A program made the translations under genes and the position numbers. Shown piece after piece: positions 1-8,671 of a stretch of 44,042 nucleotides of DNA. Source of the DNA: Desulfurococcales archaeon. GTDB lineage: Archaea; Thermoproteota; Thermoprotei_A; Sulfolobales; AG1. Within the stretch, counting starts at the first letter, position 1. Every line of letters begins with the position of its first letter. The DNA lies in NCBI GenBank assembly GCA_026990885.1, contig JALXCO010000222.1, forward strand, positions 1 to 44,042. Direction: 5' to 3'. A model generated the notes under the pieces. That model saw nothing but the letters and a program-made list of their open reading frames with translations, had not been told where the DNA came from and did no database searches.

Positions 1-165
1 GTCGTCTATAACTATAATCTTCTCCCTTTCCTTATGCTTGATTCTTTGGCCAAGAACAACCCTGCCACTGCCGCTCGATGATGATTCGTAGCCGCATGAT
101 GAGCACTTGAATCTAGATGGCGCCACGGGCTGCATCAGTGAGCCACAATTAGGGCAAAACATCAT
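1..165 (-). CDS. tfs: Transcription factor S / RNA polymerase subunit M family protein, N-terminal part. The gene starts at 165 and runs off the left edge of the window.
   Basis: My own translation of the minus strand from the ATG at 165 gives MMFCPNCGSLMQPVAPSRFKCSSCGYESSSSGSGRVVLGQRIKHKEREKIIVIDD, 55 codons open to position 1. It has a CPNC...CSSC N-terminal zinc ribbon plus linker, as in archaeal TFS/RpoM. It is too short for the supplied ORF track. Confidence 0.7.
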   Translation of the reverse strand, partial: MMFCPNCGSLMQPVAPSRFKCSSCGYESSSSGSGRVVLGQRIKHKEREKIIVIDD

Positions 166-329
166 TCTGCACCACCTGACGAGCTCTGAAACATTATAGA
201 CCCATATTCATGATATAGCGTTTATACCCTTATAAACATGCACGGAGATAGAGATTAAATTTTTAAGCCCAAATCATATAATCATTATTATGGAGCCGCG
301 GTAGTATAGCCCGGCCCAGTATGCGGGCC

Positions 330-350
330 AGGATCCTTTAATCCCCCGAA
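330..350 (+). other. tRNA intron 1 (21 nt, non-canonical position 32/33), relaxed bulge-helix-bulge
   Basis: The central 4-bp helix is 324-327 CGGG with 345-348 CCCG. The 3-nt bulges are C328-C329|A330 and A349-A350|T351. The inner helix is 331-334 GGAT with 341-344 ATCC. I could find no convincing outer helix. Confidence 0.6.
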
Positions 351-355
351 TGTCG

Positions 356-371
356 GGCCGTTGGCGCAGAC
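356..371 (+). other. tRNA intron 2 (16 nt, canonical position 37/38), canonical bulge-helix-bulge
   Basis: The central helix is C329-T351-G352-T353 with G366-C367-A368-G369, including one G-U pair. The bulges are C354-G355|G356 and A370-C371|A372. The inner helix is 357-359 GCC with 363-365 GGC. The outer helix is the anticodon stem. Confidence 0.7.
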
Positions 372-454
372 AGCCCGTGACCCGGGTTCAAATCCCGGCC
401 GCGGCGCCAACCTCTAATTCTGGCTTTTGGCTTCTCTGGATCTTCTATAGCATA

Positions 455-1564
455 TTATAGTATATCCTGTATGAACTTGCCGTTCTCGTATATAAGATCC
501 CCATCACCATAGATCTTAGCTCTACCAGTATCCTTCACGATATCCCAGTGGATCGCAGACATATTCCTGCCGCCCGTGGAAGGGTACGAGGCACCCAAAG
601 CCATGTGTATAGTTCCCCCTATCTTCTCATCAAAAAGCACCTGCTTCGTGTGCTTCTTGATATCGTAGTTAAGCCCAAACGCAAACTCCCCCAGCACTCT
701 AGCGCCCTCATCCACGTCCAGCATCGCTTTGAGCAGGTCCTCGCCTTTCCTGGCGCTAGCCTCAACAACCCTTCCTCTCTCGAACTTGAGCCTGACCCCC
801 TCGATCTCGTATCCCCTCCAGAGAGCTGGATAGGTAAAAGTTATGTATCCCTCCGTAGCGTCCTCGTGGGGTCCTGTGAAGACCTCTCCGCCTGGCATGT
901 TCTTTCTCCCATCGTCGTTTATCCATATCCTCCCATCCACCCTCAGGATCAGATCTGTGTCCTCGTCCACAATCCTTATCTCGCTAAATCTAGATAGCTT
1001 ATCAGCTATCTTAGCCTGCGACTCAGCCTGCTTTATCCATGCCTGAACAGGATCCGGTGAGTATAGCTTTAACGCGTTATAGATGAAGTCCCTATAATCT
1101 ATGATCGACATACCGGCTTCCTGTGCCAGAGCCTTTGTGGGGTATGCAGTCACAGTCCATCTCAGGCTGCCCTCCCCATCACGCTTCATGAATATCTCTG
1201 TGAGCTTTCTGGTGGCTGCGCTTCTGATTCGGAATCTCGAGGGATCAACCCCTATAAGGGGTTTAGTGTGTGTCGACGATATGATCCCTATCCTCACATC
1301 GATGTTCTCCAGTATGAACCTGTCTATTGGCGATAGATACTCTAGAACCTCCTTCGGGGCGTACCTATAGAATATCTCCGTGAGCTCCTCATCATCAACC
1401 ATGAACCTGGGGTATGCGCCGCGGCTAACGGCTAACCTATAGATCTCTCTGACTAGAGGGAGAGCCTCTACAGTTCCAGATATGAGGACCTCATCCCCCT
1501 TAGATATAGCTGTGCAGTACTCAGCAATTAATCGTGCATACTTATCTATATCCCTCATAGACAA
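455..1564 (-). CDS. Aminopeptidase, M29 (AmpS/PepS/aminopeptidase T) family
   Basis: A 369-aa ORF of family-typical length. It carries the PGGEVFTGP motif and the C-terminal HMALG...AIHWD pattern typical of thermophilic M29 metallo-aminopeptidases. Confidence 0.8.
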   Translation of the reverse strand: MSMRDIDKYARLIAEYCTAISKGDEVLISGTVEALPLVREIYRLAVSRGAYPRFMVDDEELTEIFYRYAPKEVLEYLSPIDRFILENIDVRIGIISSTHTKPLIGVDPSRFRIRSAATRKLTEIFMKRDGEGSLRWTVTAYPTKALAQEAGMSIIDYRDFIYNALKLYSPDPVQAWIKQAESQAKIADKLSRFSEIRIVDEDTDLILRVDGRIWINDDGRKNMPGGEVFTGPHEDATEGYITFTYPALWRGYEIEGVRLKFERGRVVEASARKGEDLLKAMLDVDEGARVLGEFAFGLNYDIKKHTKQVLFDEKIGGTIHMALGASYPSTGGRNMSAIHWDIVKDTGRAKIYGDGDLIYENGKFIQDIL

Positions 1565-1604
1565 CTACCAATTATATTGTATGTCTATACAGAAAATAAC
1601 GGCA

Positions 1605-2441
1605 TCACCCGACTGCGGGTTCGATGGTTTTTATCCTCTTTATAAAGCTGGACTCAAGAGATCTATGTACTAGCGGCGAAAATAGTATAGCCAAGATCCT
1701 CAGTAGCTTGTATCTGAAGCCGATAACCACATCTCCGTTGAAGCCCTCATCAAGGATCTTGCCAACAACATATCTAGCTACGTATCTAGATGAGTGCCTG
1801 GGCACAAGGGGGTTTCTGGGTATGCCTGAATCCCCTATCTTCTCACCGCTTTTGGTTCGAATCACGTTTCTATGGAACGACGTCTCCACATAGCCTGGGT
1901 ATACACCAATCACTCTAATACCGTAGGGCTTAGCCTCAATCCTTATAGAGTCTGTGAACCCCTTAAGCGCGGTCTTCGTTGATGTGTATATGCTGAACCA
2001 TGGTATGGGTGTATATACTATAAGGCTGGACACATTAACTATAGCGCCCCTAATCCCCATCCTAATCATGTGTGCCAAGCCGTATTTCGTGATGATCACT
2101 GGAGCCACATAGTTGAGGTTGATTATATTCAAGATGTCCCTATCCCGATACTCGACTATGGGGCCATATATCCCCGCACCCGCATTGTTGACTATGATCT
2201 CCATGTCTCGGTATTTGTTGAGCAGCTCCTGAATCCTCGATACTGTCTCATCTATATTAGACAGATCTATAGTCTCTATAGACGAATTACGCCCGAGACC
2301 GGATATATGATCCCTAACCTCTTGAAGAGCCAGGGAGTTTCTAGAGCATAGGACAACGTGAAACCCCCTCACAGCGAGCTCAATAGCGATGTCTCGACCC
2401 AAACCCGATGAGGCCCCGGTAACTAGAGCGTATCTCGTCAA
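1605..2441 (-). CDS. Short-chain dehydrogenase/reductase (SDR)
   Basis: It has the N-terminal TGASSGLG cofactor motif, an NNAG motif and a catalytic YxxxK (YTSTK). Confidence 0.9.
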   Translation of the reverse strand: MTRYALVTGASSGLGRDIAIELAVRGFHVVLCSRNSLALQEVRDHISGLGRNSSIETIDLSNIDETVSRIQELLNKYRDMEIIVNNAGAGIYGPIVEYRDRDILNIINLNYVAPVIITKYGLAHMIRMGIRGAIVNVSSLIVYTPIPWFSIYTSTKTALKGFTDSIRIEAKPYGIRVIGVYPGYVETSFHRNVIRTKSGEKIGDSGIPRNPLVPRHSSRYVARYVVGKILDEGFNGDVVIGFRYKLLRILAILFSPLVHRSLESSFIKRIKTIEPAVG

Positions 2442-2600
2442 GAGGAGCCCGTGATAAGTTATGTAATCTACCCCTAATTAGGGTGCTATTTATTTAGACA
2501 GGGAGATATAGAAATATATTATGTGTGGCACCGATTATTAGTTTTGGAGAGATGTCATAGCGATTCAGTAATATATGATCTGTAGCATAAAACAGCGCTG

Positions 2601-3137
2601 GTGTGTGGCTTAGTGGCGGATCGGTACAGATACCTCATCGATACGGGGGCAAGGACATGGCTAGGGGTGATACTCCTAGCTTTATCAGCTGTTTTCCTAT
2701 TCTACGGAGGCAAAATTATATCTGCGGTGGTGTCTATAGCCATTATAGTTATCGTTGCCGTTATAGGCTCTATTATTCTAGGGCTCATCTTTGGTCTGCT
2801 GGGCGTTGTGGTCGGAGCTGTTTTAGGCGGGTTTATAGGCTACCTCATAAGTGGCTTTATGATAGCCTTCACTATAGCTGTACTTATAGCTGTGGTTGCC
2901 TTCCATCTATTAAAGGATCTCGGCGCTCCAGAAGTGTTCTCTATAGTTGGTGCCTTTATAGGATTCATAGTTGGCTATATAGTTTCCGGGTATATAATTG
3001 GCTACCTCGGCATATTTATAGCGGCGCTGCTAGCCTATGAGGGTTCCAGGCTGCTGGGTATAGGCAGATCCGTATCGCTATCTATAGGTCTCGCGGTATT
3101 GATTCTGGGTGTGGTGATCTCTATAGTGGTACCCTGA
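2601..3137 (+). CDS. Polytopic membrane protein, function unknown
   Basis: The 178-aa ORF is almost entirely hydrophobic and Gly/Ile/Val-rich, with about 5-6 predicted TM spans. The start is uncertain: GTG at 2601, with other in-frame GTGs downstream. It lies 23 nt upstream of the next co-directional gene. Confidence 0.55.
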   Translation: MCGLVADRYRYLIDTGARTWLGVILLALSAVFLFYGGKIISAVVSIAIIVIVAVIGSIILGLIFGLLGVVVGAVLGGFIGYLISGFMIAFTIAVLIAVVAFHLLKDLGAPEVFSIVGAFIGFIVGYIVSGYIIGYLGIFIAALLAYEGSRLLGIGRSVSLSIGLAVLILGVVISIVVP

Positions 3138-3160
3138 ACCACGTTTTCGAGGAAGGGATC

Positions 3161-3787
3161 TTGGATATATATACAGGGAACCCGGATCTCGATCTCAAGC
3201 TATCTAGATCGGGAGCTCGATTCCTCATACTCTATGGCGAGCCCGGAGCCGGAAAAAGTAACCTGGCTCTAAAGATATCTAGGGAAACCATACTAAATCG
3301 CGGAATCTATGTATACTACATATCGACTGAGGGGGACCTCATAGTTGAGAGGATGTTCCAGCTAAAGATGCCTAGCGATAAGATATATTTCGCTAACGTA
3401 AAGACTCTCCCAGAGCTCCTGAAAGCTATCATGCACCTTGTTGATAAGGGGGCTTCAGAGCTTGTTATTGTTGATAGCGTGAATAGCCTTTACCGTGTTG
3501 AAGCGATGTTTAGTGAGAGGGCCAACCAGATCTTCCTAGCTATACTCGCATTCCTTAAACTGATTTCAGATAGGGGGACAAGCGTTATCGCTACAGCACA
3601 GATTAGAGAGACAGGAGACAGTATCGAGCCTTCCGCCCTAAAGCTAATAAGGTTCTACACAGACCTGTTTGGGAGGGTATCCAGATCTAGAGGGGGATGC
3701 AGAGTTCTAGAGATTTTAGGGGATAAATACCTGTTTAAGGTAACTGAAGATGGCTTAAAATGGCTGAGCTCTATAGATTTCTGCTAG
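3161..3787 (+). CDS. RecA-superfamily ATPase (RadA paralog / KaiC-like single-domain protein)
   Basis: Walker A is GEPGAGKS and Walker B-like is LVIVDSV. The 208-aa size matches crenarchaeal RadA-paralog/RadB-like proteins. It has a TTG start with no in-frame ATG nearby. Confidence 0.7.
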   Translation: MDIYTGNPDLDLKLSRSGARFLILYGEPGAGKSNLALKISRETILNRGIYVYYISTEGDLIVERMFQLKMPSDKIYFANVKTLPELLKAIMHLVDKGASELVIVDSVNSLYRVEAMFSERANQIFLAILAFLKLISDRGTSVIATAQIRETGDSIEPSALKLIRFYTDLFGRVSRSRGGCRVLEILGDKYLFKVTEDGLKWLSSIDFC

Positions 3788-4305
3788 ATCTCACGCGTAT
3801 AGTCGTTGCAACGATATATATCTATTTCCCAGCCATGGCAGCCAACGGCGCGCCAGTATTTATAGCTAGGGGAACACCAATAGATCTCGGCAGAAAACTT
3901 TTTGATGGACACAGAATCCTCGGCGACGGAAAGACTTTTGAGGGTTTCTTCATCGGTGTTTTATTCGGCACCTCTGTAGGTGCTATATATGCTGTCCATA
4001 CAGATAACCCGTGGTTCATTCCGTATGCATTGATACTTTCAATAGGGGCCTTGCTCGGGGATGTTATAAGTGCCTTTATAAAGAGGCGTATTGGTCTTCA
4101 GAGGGGTGAGCCCGCCCCTGTACTCGATCAAACATCTTTCCTGGTTACTGCGACTGTCGCGGTTAAGATCTCGGGTATAGAGTATCTAGTTGGGGTTGAG
4201 ATCACTGTGATCCATTACATAACAGGTGTAGCGCTATCGGTAATCCTGCATATAGCCACAAACTATGGTGCGTATAGGCTTGGCCTAAAGAGTGTTCCTT
4301 GGTAG
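3760..4305 (+). CDS. carS: CDP-archaeol synthase (CDP-2,3-bis-O-geranylgeranyl-sn-glycerol synthase, DUF46 family)
   Basis: Family hallmarks are present: ANGAPV, GTPIDLG, DGHRILGDGKTFEGF, and the C-terminal YRLGLKSVPW, which closely resembles the Archaeoglobus CarS terminus. It overlaps the upstream gene by 28 nt. Confidence 0.85.
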   Translation: MAELYRFLLDLTRIVVATIYIYFPAMAANGAPVFIARGTPIDLGRKLFDGHRILGDGKTFEGFFIGVLFGTSVGAIYAVHTDNPWFIPYALILSIGALLGDVISAFIKRRIGLQRGEPAPVLDQTSFLVTATVAVKISGIEYLVGVEITVIHYITGVALSVILHIATNYGAYRLGLKSVPW

Positions 4306-4384
4306 AGCACGTGCCAACTCTGGATGGCTTATTTATTAGTTTTTAATCTTCTTTAGAGATGATAGAGGCCGCTGGTTAATTGGT

Positions 4385-5752
4385 ATGAGCGATCTTGAGG
4401 GTTTGGTTAGGGAGCTGATTAGTAAGGGTGTTGACAGGGATGGGATTATAGATCAGTTGGTGCGGGAGATCTCCATATATAAGGATCTAGATCATGAATC
4501 CCTCAAAAAGATAAGCAACATAATCTACGAGGAGGTAGCTAAAAGCACCTCTATATGCATGGATGATTCCTCAGAAGACATAATATGCCCACACATAACC
4601 GGAGTGAGAGCTGGCGAACTGGGTATAGGATCGCGTGGGCTAGGCGACTTTTTCTTCCATGAGCAATTGAGGAAAATAGCGAACGCCACCGGCTCCACAA
4701 GCCATATGCTTAGGGACGATGCGGGATGGATTAAGCTAGATGATTTATGGATAGTAACATCTATCGACGGGATACATAGCAGGCTAGCCTATTTCCCGCT
4801 TATAGCAGGCTTCCACGCAGCTAGAGCCGCAGCCAGGGATGTGCTGGTTAAAGGAGCCATACCCCTCGGATTCATCATAGACCTTAGGATAGCCGACGAT
4901 GGAGACCCCTCACTACTGCTGGAGCTCGAAGCCGGAGTATCTGCCGTGGCTGGCTTCCTCAACATACCAATACTTTCAGGTTCTACATTAAGGATCGGGG
5001 GCGACATGGTTATAGGTAAACGCATTGTGGGCACTGTAGGATGTGTGGGTTTCTCTGAGCATGAGCCTATATCTAGAAGCAACATTGAGGTTGGGGATAT
5101 GATCGTCATGACCGAGGGGAGTGGAGGCGGAACCATCACTACCGCAGCTGTATTTGAGGGTGAAAGAGGAGTTGTCGATAAAACAATCAATTTCAATACT
5201 CTGGGACTCCTGATCAAAATGATCAGAAACAGAGATATAGGGCTCGCCTCAGCTGTATTAGACGTGACCAACGGCGGGTTGAGAGGGGACCTCAACGAGC
5301 TGGCTGAATCCCTTAATCTGGGGTTTGCCATAGATATAGGTAAGGTTGAGTCGCTCATAGATGGGGATGTGCTTGATTTCATGAGGAGCCGAGGCATAGA
5401 TCCTTTAGGGGTCTCCCTAGACTCCATATTGTTTATAGTTAACAGGCGGCATGCGGAGAGGCTTGTAGATGTTGTTAGGGGGTACGGTTTAGAGGCGGAT
5501 ATTGTTGGTGAAGTTATCTCTAGGAGGGGTCTCTATAGATACTCCGGCGATCAAAGAGATCTTGAGCCCCTGGATCTGATGTATAGGGAAGCCCCATATA
5601 CTAGAATAAAGAAGTATATAGGGTCTGAGAAACCCAGCAACATAAACCATATATTGGATCTGGTTGATAGAGCGTGCAGAGTAGCCATACATAAAAGAAA
5701 CGCTCTCCTAAAATACGCGTCTAGAAACACTAAAGTAGATCTAGAGGGATAA
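4385..5752 (+). CDS. AIR synthase-related (PurM/ThiL/HypE superfamily) protein with an N-terminal extension of about 100 aa
   Basis: It has the DDAG...SIDG N-domain metal/ATP motifs and a Gly-rich GSGGGT segment typical of the PurM-like fold. The specific function cannot be assigned by eye. Confidence 0.65.
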   Translation: MSDLEGLVRELISKGVDRDGIIDQLVREISIYKDLDHESLKKISNIIYEEVAKSTSICMDDSSEDIICPHITGVRAGELGIGSRGLGDFFFHEQLRKIANATGSTSHMLRDDAGWIKLDDLWIVTSIDGIHSRLAYFPLIAGFHAARAAARDVLVKGAIPLGFIIDLRIADDGDPSLLLELEAGVSAVAGFLNIPILSGSTLRIGGDMVIGKRIVGTVGCVGFSEHEPISRSNIEVGDMIVMTEGSGGGTITTAAVFEGERGVVDKTINFNTLGLLIKMIRNRDIGLASAVLDVTNGGLRGDLNELAESLNLGFAIDIGKVESLIDGDVLDFMRSRGIDPLGVSLDSILFIVNRRHAERLVDVVRGYGLEADIVGEVISRRGLYRYSGDQRDLEPLDLMYREAPYTRIKKYIGSEKPSNINHILDLVDRACRVAIHKRNALLKYASRNTKVDLEG

Positions 5753-5759
5753 AACCGGA

Positions 5760-6236
5760 TCAGTCATATTTAAATATGTTTAGATCTAGAACCCTACGAT
5801 CCCTATATCTTATCACATCAATATTGCCCGCTATATACTCTATTAAACCCCTCACAGAGGGTGTAAGATCTAGGTTTAGAGCCTCACTAATCCCGAACAC
5901 ACCCACAGCCTCCACATCGCTTCCGGCCACAGCGCTGTCTAGGCTATCTATAGGCTCCATGAGAACATCGAGTATAACATAGTGTCTCGACGAGGTGAAC
6001 ACCTCGCTTATATAAACCACACCCATCGGTCTAGCTCTAATACCCGTTTCCTCCTCAAGCTCTCTAACCGCCGCATGGAATATATCTTCATCAATCTCTA
6101 AATGCCCCCCAGGTATGCTCCACTTACCTGCTCCAGGAGGGTTTCTCCTCTTAACCATAAGTATGTTGCTACCTCGATCAATAACTACACAGCCAACGCC
6201 AACAAGCGGTTGATTATATCTATAGCCCATATCCAC
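5760..6236 (-). CDS. NUDIX hydrolase
   Basis: It has a complete Nudix box, GGHLEIDEDIFHAAVRELEEETGI. Confidence 0.9.
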   Translation of the reverse strand: MDMGYRYNQPLVGVGCVVIDRGSNILMVKRRNPPGAGKWSIPGGHLEIDEDIFHAAVRELEEETGIRARPMGVVYISEVFTSSRHYVILDVLMEPIDSLDSAVAGSDVEAVGVFGISEALNLDLTPSVRGLIEYIAGNIDVIRYRDRRVLDLNIFKYD

Positions 6237-6279
6237 TTCTCCAGTTAAATAGGTTTACATAAAATACTTATATTCGGTA

Positions 6280-7161
6280 GTGTCTACAGGTGCATTATCT
6301 GTGACTATTGACGAGTTCATCTCTATATTCGGTAGAAAACCCCTGATTGGAGTAATCCATCTCCCTAGGCTTCCAAGCACCGTGTATAGTGCCGATATGG
6401 GTGTCGAAGAGATCATTGAGAACTCGCTTAGGGAGGCGAAGATACTGGAGGAGCACGGTTTTAAAGGGGTTATAGTCGAGAACTTCGGTGATAAACCATA
6501 CTATAAGCGTGTAACCGATCCCCTAACCCTATCGATAATAGCTATAGTTTCGAGAGAGATAGCGAGGTCAACAAGTCTAGTGGTTGGAGTGAATATCCTT
6601 AGAAACTCTGGGGTCGAGGCCTATTCGGTGGCTTTGGCGTCTGGAGGTAGGTTTATTAGGGTTAACAGCCTGTCTGAAACTATAGTTAGTGATTCAGGAA
6701 TTATAGAGCCTGAGGCTCCAAGGCTTAAAGGTGTGAGAATCAATCATCCAGGAGTAAAGGTGTTTGCCGATATACTGGTTAAGCACTCGGCTAGCTTAAG
6801 CTTTAACCTCCTATATAGCCAGGGCCTATATCTAGGTGACGCCTCAGGCGGAAAGGATCACATTATCAAGACCATCATCGAGGACACCGTTGAGAGGGGT
6901 GGTGCCGACGCGATCATTCTAACAGGGTATCGAACTGGCGAGCCTGTTGATGCCGGCCTTGTCAGGATGGCTAGATCATTGACGCAGACACCCATAGTGA
7001 TTGGCAGCGGTATAGATCCCGAGAACATCGGTGCTCTTTCAGGCTACTCGGATGGATTCATTGTTGGCTCCTATATAAGGGTCGATGGTAGAGCTGGAAA
7101 CCCCATTTGCGAGGATAGAGTTAAAAAGCTTGTCTCGGCATATAGAGCTTCTATTGGGTAG
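6280..7161 (+). CDS. BtpA/SgcQ family TIM-barrel protein
   Basis: The N-terminal KPLIGVIHLPRLP motif and the ENFGDKPY motif are characteristic of the BtpA family. The start is GTG. Confidence 0.7.
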   Translation: MSTGALSVTIDEFISIFGRKPLIGVIHLPRLPSTVYSADMGVEEIIENSLREAKILEEHGFKGVIVENFGDKPYYKRVTDPLTLSIIAIVSREIARSTSLVVGVNILRNSGVEAYSVALASGGRFIRVNSLSETIVSDSGIIEPEAPRLKGVRINHPGVKVFADILVKHSASLSFNLLYSQGLYLGDASGGKDHIIKTIIEDTVERGGADAIILTGYRTGEPVDAGLVRMARSLTQTPIVIGSGIDPENIGALSGYSDGFIVGSYIRVDGRAGNPICEDRVKKLVSAYRASIG

Positions 7162-7230
7162 ATAATGCAGATCGGTACTGTCACGCAGAGTTTTATTATT
7201 TAAGTAGCAATATTTCATAGGTTCAGAAGC

Positions 7231-8484
7231 ATGGAGATGGTGATTCTTGCTGCTGGTAAGGGGGAGAGGTTAAGGCCCATAACTGATGTGAAGCCTAAAC
7301 CCATGATCAGGATACTGGACAAGACCATCATTGAGAGAATAATAGAGTCCTCATACATAATGGGTGTAAAAAGATTCATTGTTGTAGCTGAGTATAGATA
7401 TGATATTCTAGCTAAGCACCTATCCAGAATAGCTGAGAGGCTGGGGACAGAGATATCGATCGTGAGACAAAAAACAGAGCTGGGCACGGGACACGCGTTA
7501 CTGGAGGCTTTACCCTCTATAAACTCAGATGATCCTATAGTTGTCTACGGCGATCTCTATGTTTCAGAAAACGCCCTAAAAAGAGTTATAGAATCCCCAC
7601 CCAACTCTCTTTTAGGCATTAGGGTTACTGATCCATCAAGCTACGGGCTACTGCATGTTAGAGATGGCGTTGCCTACGGTGTTGATGAGAAGCCCTCTAA
7701 ACCCAAGTTTTCTGGGCCCTACCTAATAAATGGGGGTATATATAGGTTCTCTAAAGAAACGCTTAAATACCTCGAAGATATCGAGCCCTCTCCAAGGGGA
7801 GAGATCGAGCTAACCGATCTAATAAACCACACAGCAAAAATGGGTTTCCGCTTCAAGGTTGTGGAGGCCACCTACTACGATGAATGGATCGATATCGGGA
7901 GACCCTGGAATATACTGGATGTGCACGAAAGGCTGCTAAAAGACCTCAGGAACAAGGTTGTGAAGGGCAGGGTTAGCCCGTCTGCAGAGATCAGGGGGCC
8001 AGTATATATAGAGGAGGGTGCAGAGGTGAAGGGATGCTCGATAATTGAGGGGCCGGTATACATCGATAGAAACGCTATTATCGGCCCGAACTCGTATATT
8101 AGGCCCTACACATATATAGGTGAGGGATCTAAGATAGGCTTCTCGGTAGAGGTAAAGAACAGCGTTATATATGAAGACGCGAGAATACCCCATCTAAGCT
8201 ATATTGGCGACTCCGTCATCTGCGAAGGCGTGAATTTTGGTGCAGGAACCCTTATAGCGAATCTAAGGTTTGACGAGAACCCTGTGAAGGTAACCGTGAA
8301 GGGGGAAAGGCTTAGCAGTGGAAGGAAAAAGCTTGGAGCATTTATTGGTGCCTATGTTAAGACAGGCATAAACTCCTCCATCCTTCCTGGGGTTAAGGTT
8401 GGTGCGTACTCAGTGATATATCCAGGTGTTGTTGTGGGGAGGGATGTTGACTATGGGAGTGTGGTTAGATCAAATATAATTTAG
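7231..8484 (+). CDS. Bifunctional sugar-1-phosphate nucleotidylyltransferase / acetyltransferase (GlmU-like, ST0452-type)
   Basis: The N-terminal motif is ILAAGKGERLRPIT. The C-terminal third is made of hexapeptide (left-handed beta-helix) repeats. Confidence 0.85.
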   Translation: MEMVILAAGKGERLRPITDVKPKPMIRILDKTIIERIIESSYIMGVKRFIVVAEYRYDILAKHLSRIAERLGTEISIVRQKTELGTGHALLEALPSINSDDPIVVYGDLYVSENALKRVIESPPNSLLGIRVTDPSSYGLLHVRDGVAYGVDEKPSKPKFSGPYLINGGIYRFSKETLKYLEDIEPSPRGEIELTDLINHTAKMGFRFKVVEATYYDEWIDIGRPWNILDVHERLLKDLRNKVVKGRVSPSAEIRGPVYIEEGAEVKGCSIIEGPVYIDRNAIIGPNSYIRPYTYIGEGSKIGFSVEVKNSVIYEDARIPHLSYIGDSVICEGVNFGAGTLIANLRFDENPVKVTVKGERLSSGRKKLGAFIGAYVKTGINSSILPGVKVGAYSVIYPGVVVGRDVDYGSVVRSNII

Positions 8485-8671
8485 CCTGATCCGATAGCCC
8501 AAGATAGTGCCTATGTTTCGCCTCCCTGCACCCATATAGATCACATTGCCACACACATACAGCAGAAATTTAATTTTAATAAGGGCTCATATAAATCAAT
8601 ACTAGTAGCGGGGACACCATCTCTGCAAAACGCTATATGGCTATATGTATTAGAGCTGTAGGTGATGATCG

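Larger units (their letters stand above)
295..409 (+). tRNA. tRNA-Asp (anticodon GTC) interrupted by two introns, with encoded CCA
   Basis: Acceptor stem 295-301 GCCGCGG pairs with 399-405 CCGCGGC. The D arm is GTAT/GTAT with a GG-containing loop. The T arm is CCGGG-TTCAAAT-CCCGG (382-398). Discriminator is G406 and CCA is 407-409. Anticodon stem CGGGC (324-328) pairs with GCCCG (373-377) but encloses 44 nt. Removing 330-350 and 356-371 gives loop CTGTCGA and a 4-nt variable loop TGAC. Confidence 0.8.

Noticed and set aside
336-342. The sequence CTTTAAT inside the tRNA insert looks like an anticodon loop with anticodon UUA, which would be an ochre suppressor.
   Set aside because: The flanking 5-mers (GGATC and CCCCC) cannot form an anticodon stem. 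The segment is better explained as the loop of the intron-1 inner hairpin.
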